From Bugula neritina (lineage: Eukaryota > Animalia > Bryozoa): a DNA stretch of 64,000 nucleotides. The stretch lies in the NCBI GenBank assembly GCA_964035545.1, contig OZ037773.1:339751-403750 (forward strand). Reading direction: 5' to 3'. The first letter of the stretch is position 1. Each line of letters opens with the position of its first letter. Positions 54,501-64,000 of this stretch are shown here, piece after piece. Both the position numbers and the translations under genes were made by a program. Below the pieces are notes generated by a model that was not told the DNA's origin, did no database searches, and worked only from the letters and a program-made list of their open reading frames with translations.

Positions 54501-54601
54501 TTTACATTTACAGTTATTAGTGGTAGCACCGAATTGCAATTTAGTTGTTGGGGTGAGCATCCGGTGCTGACACTGCCCCACCGCCGTTTCCCTGTGGGCA
54601 A
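51548..54601 (-). CDS. pol: Retrotransposon Pol (protease-RT-RNase H-integrase), probably expressed by -1 frameshift
   Basis: LVDSG protease; LDLRKAY and YIDD RT; WCDASS RNase H; HHCC (HGMHH...CAAC) and DDE integrase (MDV, SDNG, IERN); uninterrupted 1017 codons. Confidence 0.92.
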   Translation of the reverse strand: MPTGKRRWGSVSTGCSPQQLNCNSVLPLITVNVNSVSIKALVDSGCEQSVVLERFCNQLGVAPCGPERRVLMLNGQITKCRGEAQLAVQVRNRHLSVKCLIAPMLVGGCSLILGIDAISKLGGVTITRNKQVMFPAVEPTTEVGKVSAVSLGVGVDRFDKTLTSDSTGELSVSDTDFNAKFDGKKWTVRWKWENGEPTLQNQCGQYAVKDKFKHSYHEQIQQWINDGWLQLYDNKLHGTVTGIVPLVAAAQPNKPTQVRPVMDYSGELNKYIYSKPSGDTAICQDKLRKWRLLGDNASLLDLRKAYLQLHVDSDLQRFQAVRYEGKIYVMTRLGFGLNVAPKIMSKVLSTVLAQDDTIQKGTDSYIDDIIVDETVVSVEVVRNHLLKFGLVTKEPEKLSNARVLGLRVREGHRGGMSCYSWQRDGELPSLESNSSISKRELFSVCGKLTRHFPVAGWLRVACSFMKRLTQSDMWDSAVSDHVQKMLLETLDRVAKSDPVKGKWHVANTDTGTVWCDASSLAIGVSVQIDDQIVEDASWMRKPDDCTHISVAELEAVVKGLNLALKWNLCNIVVKTDSMSVFRWVTSVINDSVRPKVNGMNEMIVKRRLGVIAELIEEYKLSLRIHLVKSAENWADALTRVSSAWLTKRITCASAGVTTPDVADLKDEIAKMHGMHHLGIERTFYLAKCKFGESIDKELVERVVKECAACRSIDPSPVQWERGVLEVNENWYRLAMDVSHYNRVPYLTIIDCGPSRFAVWIKLQNETADSVVNHLLKVFQQRGPPTELLSDNGPCFRSDRLKQLLSQWDVQHIFSCAYRASGNGVIERNHRTIKRMAARTRSSIENMVFWYNNTPNSNNVIPSRSLYSYNVKLPKVSPSTVGKPTDITKNPYNVGDKVYVKPVNSKCTTAWPQGTITRVVSNTAVMVDGMTRHVSDVRLANTGNRESSDVSSSTKQQSQVHRDIEINLRSDNADEDADANRVVDGENVEEGESVDEVIDRPVRDRQPPRWLADFYVDE

Positions 54602-55308
54602 TTCCTACTAACATGCCCCCAAGCCTGACAGGTATAGCACTGAACGCTCCATCTTCTGTATTGTTGATGATTATTGGCATTCCGATTAGCATTCATGTTC
54701 CCATTTTGACTTTTTCCAGTGTTACAGCTCCAAGCTGAATGGTGTGGTGAAAAACATTTAAAACACTTTCTAGTAACATTCCTACCAGCAGCACAGGGTG
54801 TCAAAGTGTCTACAGTTGCTGTTGATAACATTATCCTAGCTCTACCAACTAACTCTTCTAAGCTCAACTTTTCAACAGCAGCGACAGATTTTATTTGTGT
54901 AGCAACATCCACTGGCAAACCAGCAATAAATGCACATTTCAGTAAAGGCTCAGGAGTTTTCTGACCTATCAGTGTTACTAGCCTTCTCAAGTCAGCTACA
55001 TAGACATCTACAGCCTCACCTTCTTTTAGACTTCTTGATCTAAGTTGATCGTAAGCACTGTAACTGCTCTCACAGAATGACGTCATCAGTTCAGCCTTTA
55101 ACTTCGGAAAGTCTGATTTAACATCCTCTGAAAACTGTTTATACACAGCAAACGCTGGACCTGCCAAGAATAATGGCAGAAACGATGCAAGATCTTCTAC
55201 TTTCTGTAACTTTGCTACTAGCTCCAGCTTCTCACACCACTCAGTAAAGTCTCCACTAACCGAACTGTCCTCATAATTTTTCACTAGATCCGACACCCTG
55301 ACTGCCAT
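54541..55308 (-). CDS. gag: Retrotransposon Gag (255 aa) with two CCHC zinc knuckles
   Basis: CFKCFSPHHSAWSC and CYTCQAWGHVSRNC; ATG lies ~30 nt after the 5' LTR. Confidence 0.9.
   Translation of the reverse strand: MAVRVSDLVKNYEDSSVSGDFTEWCEKLELVAKLQKVEDLASFLPLFLAGPAFAVYKQFSEDVKSDFPKLKAELMTSFCESSYSAYDQLRSRSLKEGEAVDVYVADLRRLVTLIGQKTPEPLLKCAFIAGLPVDVATQIKSVAAVEKLSLEELVGRARIMLSTATVDTLTPCAAGRNVTRKCFKCFSPHHSAWSCNTGKSQNGNMNANRNANNHQQYRRWSVQCYTCQAWGHVSRNCPQGNGGGAVSAPDAHPNN
54550..54592 (-). promoter_or_regulatory. Putative -1 programmed ribosomal frameshift signal
   Basis: Slippery heptamer G GGA AAC (54586-54592) in the gag/pol overlap, followed by a GGTGGGGCA...TGCTCACC hairpin. Confidence 0.7.
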
Positions 55309-55809
55309 ATTTCTACCACTGATAAATGCCGAAATAGCTTGTAATAGTATTATACTTAAAGTTCACTGAAATATCTTTATTTTGAAAGCACAACTAATCA
55401 CTACGAACACATTTCTAAGACAGACAACATATATTATATAAACCACAAAGATGAAGGAATTTAGGACATAAAGGAAAACCACACAACAGCTATAATAATA
55501 TTTACAAAACGGTTACACAACTGCATGATGCAATGTCATGCACATTACAACATGCAACTCTGTTAGTTTCATATTTCAGTTAGAAAGATTTTTCTTATTA
55601 AAATGATGTATTGTACACTACACTGGCACTGTGTTGGTTAGACTGTTCAATGATGTACAAAGTATAGAAGATGATTGTATTTCAGATGCTCTAGAATAGT
55701 TAACCTGACCAGCTAATGGTCGTGTTGATCATATGCTGATTTAGTCTCCAGGTATTTAAATACGAATATAATGTTAAAGGACATACTCACACTACTATTT
55801 TCAACACAG

Positions 55810-58722
55810 GTGTGATTGTCAATACACTGAATATCATCGTTCTCTCAAGATCTATAAAACTAACTACCTACAAGATATTTCTAGCCATGGCTTGTGCTGA
55901 TCTGGTGGTAAGAGCTACTTTATTAATGTGCTGACAAGAGATTTTTTAGCCAAGTGTGTGTAACATCTAAAGATGACTGGAAACCTCTCCAAACATGCAT
56001 ACTCGCAACAACTAAAATCCATAATTAAGGCACCTGTTTGTAAATGCAATTATTATGTAAACGTCTTATGATTAAAGACTCCCTGGCACACTGCACTTAT
56101 GCAGTACTAAAATATCTTTATATAATATGTTAGTTATCATTTGCATGCTGTTTTAAGGTTGAATGCTCAACCAATTTTGTCTTATAATGAATTTTGTGCC
56201 AGTATGTACTGAAATGATTTAGGATTTCTGATCGCATGGAAATGAAATTTTCGGTTGGCTTTGACTTTACCGCTACTATAAAACTTATACTCAATGTAGC
56301 TATCTTCCATTGCATACTTTTGTCAGCTGCTGCACTGCACTGCACAGCATACTCACTGAAATGGCTTTAAAATTAATGTTTAAACTTGCAAGCCACATCA
56401 GTGATTATGCTGTGATTATGCTGCGGACATTTGCTACCTACATTCTTATACTTTTAGAAGTTTGTTGAAAACTGGCACTTTTATGTTTGTAGGTGAATGC
56501 TATAAGCATATCCTATGCCTCATTGTTCACACTCTACCTACCCACCAGAACTCATTTAGGGGCACCCCCCAATCTAGCACCAGGAGTCCTGTATTCAGAG
56601 TATGTCTGGTACTGGATCTGGTTTCTCGGCAAAAATACATTCATGGGTGTAAGTTGAAAGTCTCTTTGCCACATAAAGCTAGTCTAATTAAAGGTTCTTT
56701 TCTCTTTCCCCTCTCTAAGATATCTTCAAAATATATTTTCTGTGCACCCCCTCTCTGTACACCCCTCTCTCTATAACATATTTCCTGTACACTCCTCTAT
56801 CTATAATATATTCTCTGCATACCCCTCTCTTTATAAGATATTTTCTGTACACCCCTCTCTCTATAATATAATATTCTCTGCATACCCCTCTGTAAAAATA
56901 TGAAGAGTCACTTATTTTTAATTAATTATATTTCAACTTAGTAATACTTATTTATCTGCTGCAATTAACTCGTCGAGTTTGTAGTTACTAGAAAAAAGTA
57001 ATTCTTATAATATATTTTACTCAAACGCACACAAGAAACTATCTCTCAGAAATTAGAAATTACTAAAACTATAACTGGCTTTTTATAGCAAAACTCTTCG
57101 TAAGAACAAAAACTTCAAAAACAGAACCCCAATAGTTAATCTTAAACAAAGGCAAAACAAATTGAAAAATTAGTGTGACACAACAACAAAACTAAATTCA
57201 ATGAAACTTTCTATATATAAAAAAGACATATCATGAATATTATTGTAATTAAATAAATTTATTTTTATTTTCTTAGCCAACACAACCAGCAATGTTTTGG
57301 TTGTTTTTATTTCGGAGTTGTCTATGTTCACTTCAGATATCCAATTGGTGTGCAGTGTTGATGACTGCCACTCGATTCCTTGTGATAAGATTCCCACTGA
57401 AGGCTGCTAGCTACACCACCCCAACTAAAGTACACGCTGCCATCTGCTTGGTGTATGTTGCTGGTTTCATCATTCAAGTGCCTCAATGGCTCTACTACTA
57501 GTAAGTGTCACACCCACACCTTAGCCAGTACAGTATCATATGCAATGTGAAAACATACTTTATGCCTACACTTTGCTTAATAGAATTTTTTTCTACAATG
57601 TATATATTTTTCCCAGAACACCTGCTTTATATACATTCTACAGAAAAATACCAATACAAATTTTGTTGTTTATCCATTTTAGTTTTGATGGTAATGGAGA
57701 ACTGGTGTTACGTCTTTCAGTCATGCCATACACTTGTATCTCTCTGGTTGCCACTGACCTCCTCCCGCTGTCCCTCTGCACTGTACTGACTTTGCTTCTC
57801 ATCCTACATATCAGACAAAGTCGTTATAGCATGAAGATTTCGCTCAGACAGTCAGTTCAGCTCAACTGTTTTGTTTTTCCCAAATGAAGCATTTGATATG
57901 CCACCGGACAGCAAGGTTTCACACCTGTTCAGGAAGATATCTAGTTAATGTTGTCTCAGATTCTATTTAGATTATTATAATAATGTCTTTCAACATTTTA
58001 GGGAACAAATGGTGGCAAGGCTGAAGGAGCACAGACAGCTGACAAACACTCTGCTGCTTATTGCTATTTTCTTTATTGTGACTACATTACCATCAGTGAG
58101 TTATTTATAGAGAGTCATTACTATTAGTGAGTTATTAGAGAGTCATTACCATCAGTGAGTTATTAGAGAGTCATTACTATCAGTGAGTTATTAGAGAGTT
58201 TTTGCAGAATAATTTCTTCACTGCAGAATTTAGAATACATTGCATATTATGTATTCGCAATGAATATATTATGTACTGGTAATGAATATATTATATACTG
58301 GTAATGAATATATTATGTACTGGTAATGCATATATTATGTACTGGTAATGAATATATTATGTACTGGTAATGCATATATTATGTACTGGTAATGCATATA
58401 TTATGTACTGGTAATGCATATATTATGTACTGGTAATGAATAATTTCATGTTCTGTAGGATATATTCTGGTTGATGCGCAGATTCAACTACTTCACCAAA
58501 CACAACATTTCTGCTTTCTATGAAACAATTTGGTTTTCATTTGTTGGGGCTGCCACCAACATAAATTACTGTGGGAACTTTTTTATTTATATACTGGCCA
58601 ACGCTGCCTTCAGGAGAGACTTTCTACGAATCTTTCAAAACCTAAAGTCATCTTTCAGTACTTTATCAAACCAATCATCTATGAAAACTACAACAACTTC
58701 ACAAAATACAGATCAAGTGTAA
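55810..58722 (+). CDS. Rhodopsin-like GPCR, FMRFamide/sex-peptide-receptor-like (5' exons not resolved)
   Basis: Exons 55810-55907 (GVIVNTLNIIVL...LAMACADLV), 56493-56648, 57337-57500 (SNWCAVLMTATRFLVIRFPL), 57683-57850 (TM5 LLP), 58002-58095 (TM6 TTLPS), 58459-58722 (NINYCGNFFIY, FRRDF); phases are compatible. Confidence 0.85.
56715..56892. repeat. ~32-bp degenerate minisatellite
   Basis: Unit approximately TTCTCTGTACACCCCTCTCTCTATAATATA. Confidence 0.75.
58085..58440. repeat. 28-bp donor-containing repeat (~4 copies) and 23-bp minisatellite (~8 copies)
   Basis: CATTACCATCAGTGAGTTATTAGAGAGT at 58085-58199; TGAATATATTATGTACTGGTAA-type unit at 58261-58440. Confidence 0.85.
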
Positions 58723-59244
58723 AATAGTCCTACAGGGTACTGCTACAGGGTATAAACTGGCATTGCGGAACCTTGACTTAATGGATAGATACAAACTGAC
58801 CAATCATAGGGTTTCTACCAACTTATAGCCAATCAGCTGAAAGTTTCTTTTGCCAAGCCATGATAAAGCAGGAAAAGTCTAGAATTTTACCATCACATAA
58901 CTGAATGTATAGCAATTAGGTGGCATATACTTGTATTACATTACTGTTGTTACATGAGTGAGCAGTATGTAGCGCCTGATCTGTTGATGCAATTATTATC
59001 CTGTAAGTTGTAACTATATTGGTGGTAGTTAGTTTTTATTAGGTTTTTGTCAAGTTGCAAGTGTATAAGGGAATTATTGGAATGTTAGTTCATTTTCACT
59101 TTTATGTAGCAACATGGAAAATTAAACACTTCCAATTATTATTATACAAGTTTGTGAAATAGAAAACTTCTGTATAATCCACATTTCTATTGGAATATAA
59201 ATCCCTAGAATGCAGATTGCAGTTTTGCTGAATCAGTATATAAT

Positions 59245-59578
59245 ATAGGTATATAGTGTAGGTATATAGTGTAGTATAGTGTAAGTATGGTGTAGGTATA
59301 GTGTAGGTATAGTGCAGGTATAGTGTAGGTATAGTGTAAGTGTGGTATAGGTATATATAGTGTAGGTATATAGTGTAGTATAGTGTAGGTATATAGTGTA
59401 GGTATATAGTGTAGTATAGTGTAAGTATATAGTGTAGGTATAGTGTAGGTATATAGTGTAGTATAGTGTAAGTATGGTATAGGTATATATAGTGTAGATA
59501 GATAGTGTAGATATATAGTGTAGTATAGTGTAAGTATGGTATAGGTATATATAGTGTAGCTATAGTGTAGCTATGGTG
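59245..59578. repeat. TATAGTGTAGG-type simple repeat
   Basis: Direct inspection; a reverse-complement array lies at 60734-60972. Confidence 0.9.
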
Positions 59579-60220
59579 TTTTATACATGACATAACCGAG
59601 TGCTCACATTATTTTACTTTTACAAAAACAATAAAATACATAATAAAAAAGTTGTCAGTCTATATCTTTGTGCTAATCTGAAATATGTAATAATATGATG
59701 CAAGATTGAGAATATCTTGTTTGCATCTTTTCTATTGATATTCGAATTGCGAGAAATTGCTTTCTCTTGCAAGAATGAACTTCAACTTAAACGCTGGAAT
59801 AAACAGAAAAAGCTTCACTGAACAAGAAACATCAACAACATATAATCATGTTCAACAACAATATTAGTACTCAAAAGGCTTATTAAATCTTGTAATTAAG
59901 GTTTTGCCAATATACTGATCCTACTAATACTGCTGCTGCTACTTAATATAGATCATTTGCAAGTGGAAAATTGCTTCTTATTTATGGTTATTCTTATGTT
60001 ACATAAACTTATGGCAAGAGTGCATAAACAGAATATGCTGATAAACAATATAGATAGCTATCAGCTATTAGAGTGTGGTCATTGTACATGTATGTACACA
60101 CAACCTGTCTATACCCTATGACCTCATCCATACAGTCACTTGCTACCTTGGAATGCATACACCTTCAGTTACTACTCTATCGGTTATCATGCCTACCAGG
60201 TAATCACTCTGACACTGAAC

Positions 60221-62944
60221 ATGGAAAACTCTACTAACATTACCTCTGCCACCTCCATCATTGACTCTGGTAAGTTATTATACTCAGTTGTTCTTCAGCA
60301 TGACATGTTTGTTCAATTCTGGCAGCTTCAGCACATGCTTTCTAATACCCTCCAATCTGGCTCACAGCTACTTGCAGCTAGAGAGTTTACAGTGCTCCCT
60401 CTGTATCTCACTAAGCTACAGTGCTCCCTCTGTATCTCACTAAGCTAGCAGTTCTCAAACATAATTTTGTGACATAGTAGAATGCCAGATTTAACTCACG
60501 GATTCGCTAAATTCGGCCATTCTGTCCCTACACACATGCATAAGACACAAAGCAGGGGTCCAAGCCCTTGTTGTTAACACCTGGAGAACTGGACTGGTGA
60601 GATACGGAGGGAGTACTGTACATAGTAATTCAGTAGTTTCAAAATGTTTACTAAAAGAAACTTTATAGTATTTACCAGCATAATGTCACATAAATATATC
60701 CTAACCAATATTGTACTTCCTCTCTTACAGCATTACACTATATATTTACACTATACCTACACTATACCTACACTATACCTACACTATACCTACAATATAC
60801 CTACACTGTACCTACACTGTACCTACACTATAACTACACTATATCTACACTATACCTCCACTGTATACCTACACTGTATACCTACACTATACACCAACAG
60901 TATATACCTGCTCTATACCTACACTATATACCTGCTCTATACCTACACTATACCTACACTATATACCTACACAGAGAAACAAGTGATCTTGTTTAGCTTG
61001 TAACTCCTACTTTACTCATATTCAGACTGAGTGTCATCAGCTCCTTCATGGCCCTTAAAGCTGTGAGTAGTGAAGCAGTGAGCAAATCAAACACTTTCTA
61101 TTGACTTTATGAGGAAATCGTATAAACAGATAATTAACCTCTTTTATGTGAGAGCAAACACCTTCCTCAACCACAACACAATGCTAGCTCTTCATATGCT
61201 CTTCCTTTATCTACTATATCCTATAACAGGGCTGTCCAACAGGGGGGGCCCCAGGGCTGAATGTGGCCCCCAGCTTTCATTTACATGTATGTGGCCCTCA
61301 AAAGCGTAAAACTGAAATTATTTTTCACAATATACATGAATTAGAGGGAAAAAACTACCTTTTAAATGTCTTATTTATACACATGCTATAAAACATTCAG
61401 CCTGCAGTAACTATTGGGACTTTATTGTGTGATGATTCATGAGAATTTGGAATAAAGTAATTTGTAAAATGCTGATGCTGTGGCCCCCAGCACAATCTAA
61501 ACTTTCTAATGTGGTCCTCCCCCCTCCGGAATATTTCCTTTTAGTGCCCCCCCCCCCGCTCTAAAATGTTGGCCACCCCTTTCCTACAATTATACAATTA
61601 TGAGTATGTTATTATATGTCACTGTGTTGGCAGTATATAGGTCACTGTGTTGTCAGCATATAGGTCATTGTGTTGGCAGCATATAGGTCACTGTGTTGAC
61701 AGTATATAGGTCACTGTGTTGGCAGCATATAGGTCACTGTATTGGCAGTATATAAGTCACTGTGTTGGCAGCATATAGGTCATTGCGTTGGCAGCATATA
61801 GGCCACTGTGTTGACAGTATATAGGTCACTGTGTTGGCAGCATATAGGTCACTGTGTTGACAGTATATAGATCACTGTGTTGGCAGCATATAGGTCACTG
61901 TATTGGCAGTATATAGGTCACTGTGTTGACAGTATATAGATCACTGTGTTGGCAGCATATAGGTCACTGTATTGGCAGTATATAGGTCACTGTGTTGTCA
62001 GCATATAGGTCACTGTGTTGGCAGCATATAGGTCACTGTATTGGCAGTATATAAGTCACTGTGTTGGCAGCATATAGGTCATTGCGTTGGCAGCATATAG
62101 GCCACTGTGTTGACAGTATATAGGTCACTGTGTTGGCAGCATATAGGTCACTGTGTTGACAGTATATAGATCACTGTGTTGGCAGCATATAGGTCACTGT
62201 ATTGGCAGTATATAGGTCACTGTGTTGTCAGCATATAGGTCACTGTGTTGTCAGCATATAGGTCACTGTGTTGTCAGCATATAGGTCACTGTGTTGTCAG
62301 CATAGAGGTCACTGTGTTGGCAGTATGTAGGTCACTGTGTTGGCAGCATATACGTTTCTGTGTTGGCAGTATATAGGTCACTGTTTTGGCAGCATATTGG
62401 TACTGTGCTATCTGTTTCTTCGGTCACCTGAGCTATAATTGATGCAGTAGCAGATGGCGGAGATATATGGTGCTATTATTATTCTATCTAAAATATTACT
62501 TCTAGTGTTTCATAATTTTTGACCTGTTATTTAGTTCCTTTGAGAAAAAATTTTTGGTTTTTTAACTGATGCTTGATGAAGGCCTACATAGTTAGCTAGT
62601 TATTTTTCTACATAGACCAATGACTTATTAGATAATATTCTCGTACATAATAATTTATAATGTTATATTATAATATATAATAATCATATATGACATTATT
62701 ATATATAATAGTATTGTATGTTTTGCTTGTTTATATAATATCTTGCACATTTTATATATCACATGTCTGTATATATTAGTAGTATTATGTTGCATTCTAT
62801 ATGTGTTATATATCATTATTAACATATATTTGTATTCATTAGTGACAGCAGCTCAAAGGGATCTTACAGAAGATGAATATGAAAAGGCTTACATCCTTCT
62901 CTTCTCTATTCAGGGAGTCTTCTACCTGGTCACTGGTGTTATAG
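60221..62944 (+). CDS. 5' part of a second rhodopsin-like GPCR (probably continues beyond the window)
   Basis: Exon 60221-60269 MENSTNITSATSIIDS (two N-glycosylation sequons, donor gtaagt, phase 1) and exon 62843-62944 VTAAQRDLTEDEYEKAYILLFSIQGVFYLVTGVIG, ending at a phase-1 intron in the TM1 Gly, the same position as the acceptor at 55810 in the neighbouring GPCR. Confidence 0.55.
60734..60972. repeat. CCTACACTATA-type simple repeat
   Basis: Direct inspection. Confidence 0.9.
61227..61581. mobile_element. hAT (Charlie-like) MITE
   Basis: Imperfect TIRs CAGGGCTGTCCAAC / GTTGGCCACCCCTT; 8-bp TSD TCCTATAA / TCCTACAA; internal GTGGCCC repeats. Confidence 0.8.
61612..62408. repeat. 23-bp minisatellite, ~34 copies
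   Basis: Unit ATATAGGTCACTGTGTTGGCAGC. Confidence 0.95.
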
Positions 62945-64000
62945 GTATCAATAGTTTATATCTCCTCAATTCTGTTTTGCAGGAAAAGTTGCATCACTAC
63001 CATTGTAGGGTTAGAAATTATCTCCTTATTCTACCATCAATTAAAACCGTAGCCCCTCAGTCTACACATGAACATGTTTACTACATACAGCAGCTGCAGC
63101 CACAGTCAAATCTACTCAAATCCACTCAGTTTTTTACATTTGTAACATACAAAAAGCCATACAACTCAGAATAAAAAATTAGTCAAGGAACCGCTGTCCA
63201 GTTTCCTCGATGATTTTACCAGCTGCTGAAAGGAGCTAGGAGATGCTTATAGTGCAAGAAACACGAGTGTGTCATGCATAGTCAGAAAGCTGTGTAATCA
63301 GTGGCCATCTGGTATGTGTAAGGGTACCTTCTATACGTGTCACAGATGCCTGCATATTCAGCTGCCTGAGTGAATCGCTAACTGCTATGTAGGTGAAAGT
63401 CATGATAGCAAATGCTTGTGGAATGGATTCCGCCATCTTGTTGGTCAGAGTTGCTTTGCATTGGTTAATAAGAGATAGTTTTAGGAGCTTAATACATCTA
63501 GTTATTATATTATGTTGTTTCAGGACTTTCAATTATACATCAATAACTTCATAAATTTGCAACCTTCAGCCATTCATAGTCATTTTAGAGTTATTTAAAT
63601 ATACAGTGTGATTATATTACTATCAGGGAATTTATAATAATGTGACTAGTTCTGTGCTTTGGTGTAATACAAAATAGTACCTTATAATGTAACATAATAC
63701 AACATAATATAATATAGTAGACCATAATATGATATAGTGTCCCTTATACAGTCAGTAAACAGTTTCTGTATAGAAACATATTTATAGCATTATGTACTAT
63801 CCCTCCCTTGTCTTGCTGTTGACACCCCAAACTGTCAGTACATATAGCTCAACTAACCAATAGGCGATAAGAATCTAATATTTTAGCCAATAGAATTACA
63901 GGTTGTATTTTCTGTCTCATTTGCAATAACGAATACCGGAGTGAGACTGATCTAATAACAAAGTGTAACTAAAGTAATATGTCGTTGATTTTAAAAACAC

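Larger units (their letters stand above)
51301..55549 (-). mobile_element. Full-length Gypsy-like LTR retrotransposon with intact gag and pol
   Basis: 5' LTR 55340-55549, 3' LTR 51301-51490, PPT AGGGGGAAA next to the 3' LTR, PBS 55328-55339; flanks ACTT/ACAT (possible 4-bp TSD with one mismatch). Confidence 0.95.

Noticed and set aside
63272-63532. Minus-strand 86-aa ORF
   Set aside because: No motif or splice support.

Overview
AT-rich, intron-containing animal (invertebrate) genomic DNA; a marine lophotrochozoan such as a bryozoan is my unverified guess. Genes were reconstructed by hand from splice sites and reading-frame phases. Host genes on the + strand: (1) two tandem paralogous small type-II membrane/propeptide genes ending in a conserved VGGxNCRxVCxxIC peptide; (2) two paralogous, probably GPI-anchored Ig-superfamily genes (V-C2-V-C2 and V-C2) with highly divergent 4-Cys V-like domains but near-identical C2 exons; (3) a 9-exon, ~1516-aa protein joining ~24 ankyrin repeats to degenerate caspase-like modules and a C-terminal caspase domain with an intact His/Cys dyad; (4) two rhodopsin-like peptide-receptor-type GPCRs. 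Mobile DNA: an ORF-intact LTR retrotransposon and a tRNA-LTR TRIM that share a non-canonical primer-binding site matching the 5' 12 nt of tRNA-Phe; a degenerate Gypsy nested in a BEL/Pao gag; a Gypsy pol remnant; R4/Dong and RTE LINE fragments; three tRNA-SINE copies; hAT, Harbinger and TA-flanked MITEs; two Penelope-type hammerhead ribozymes; and many micro- and minisatellites, which account for most long ORFs in the ORF track.
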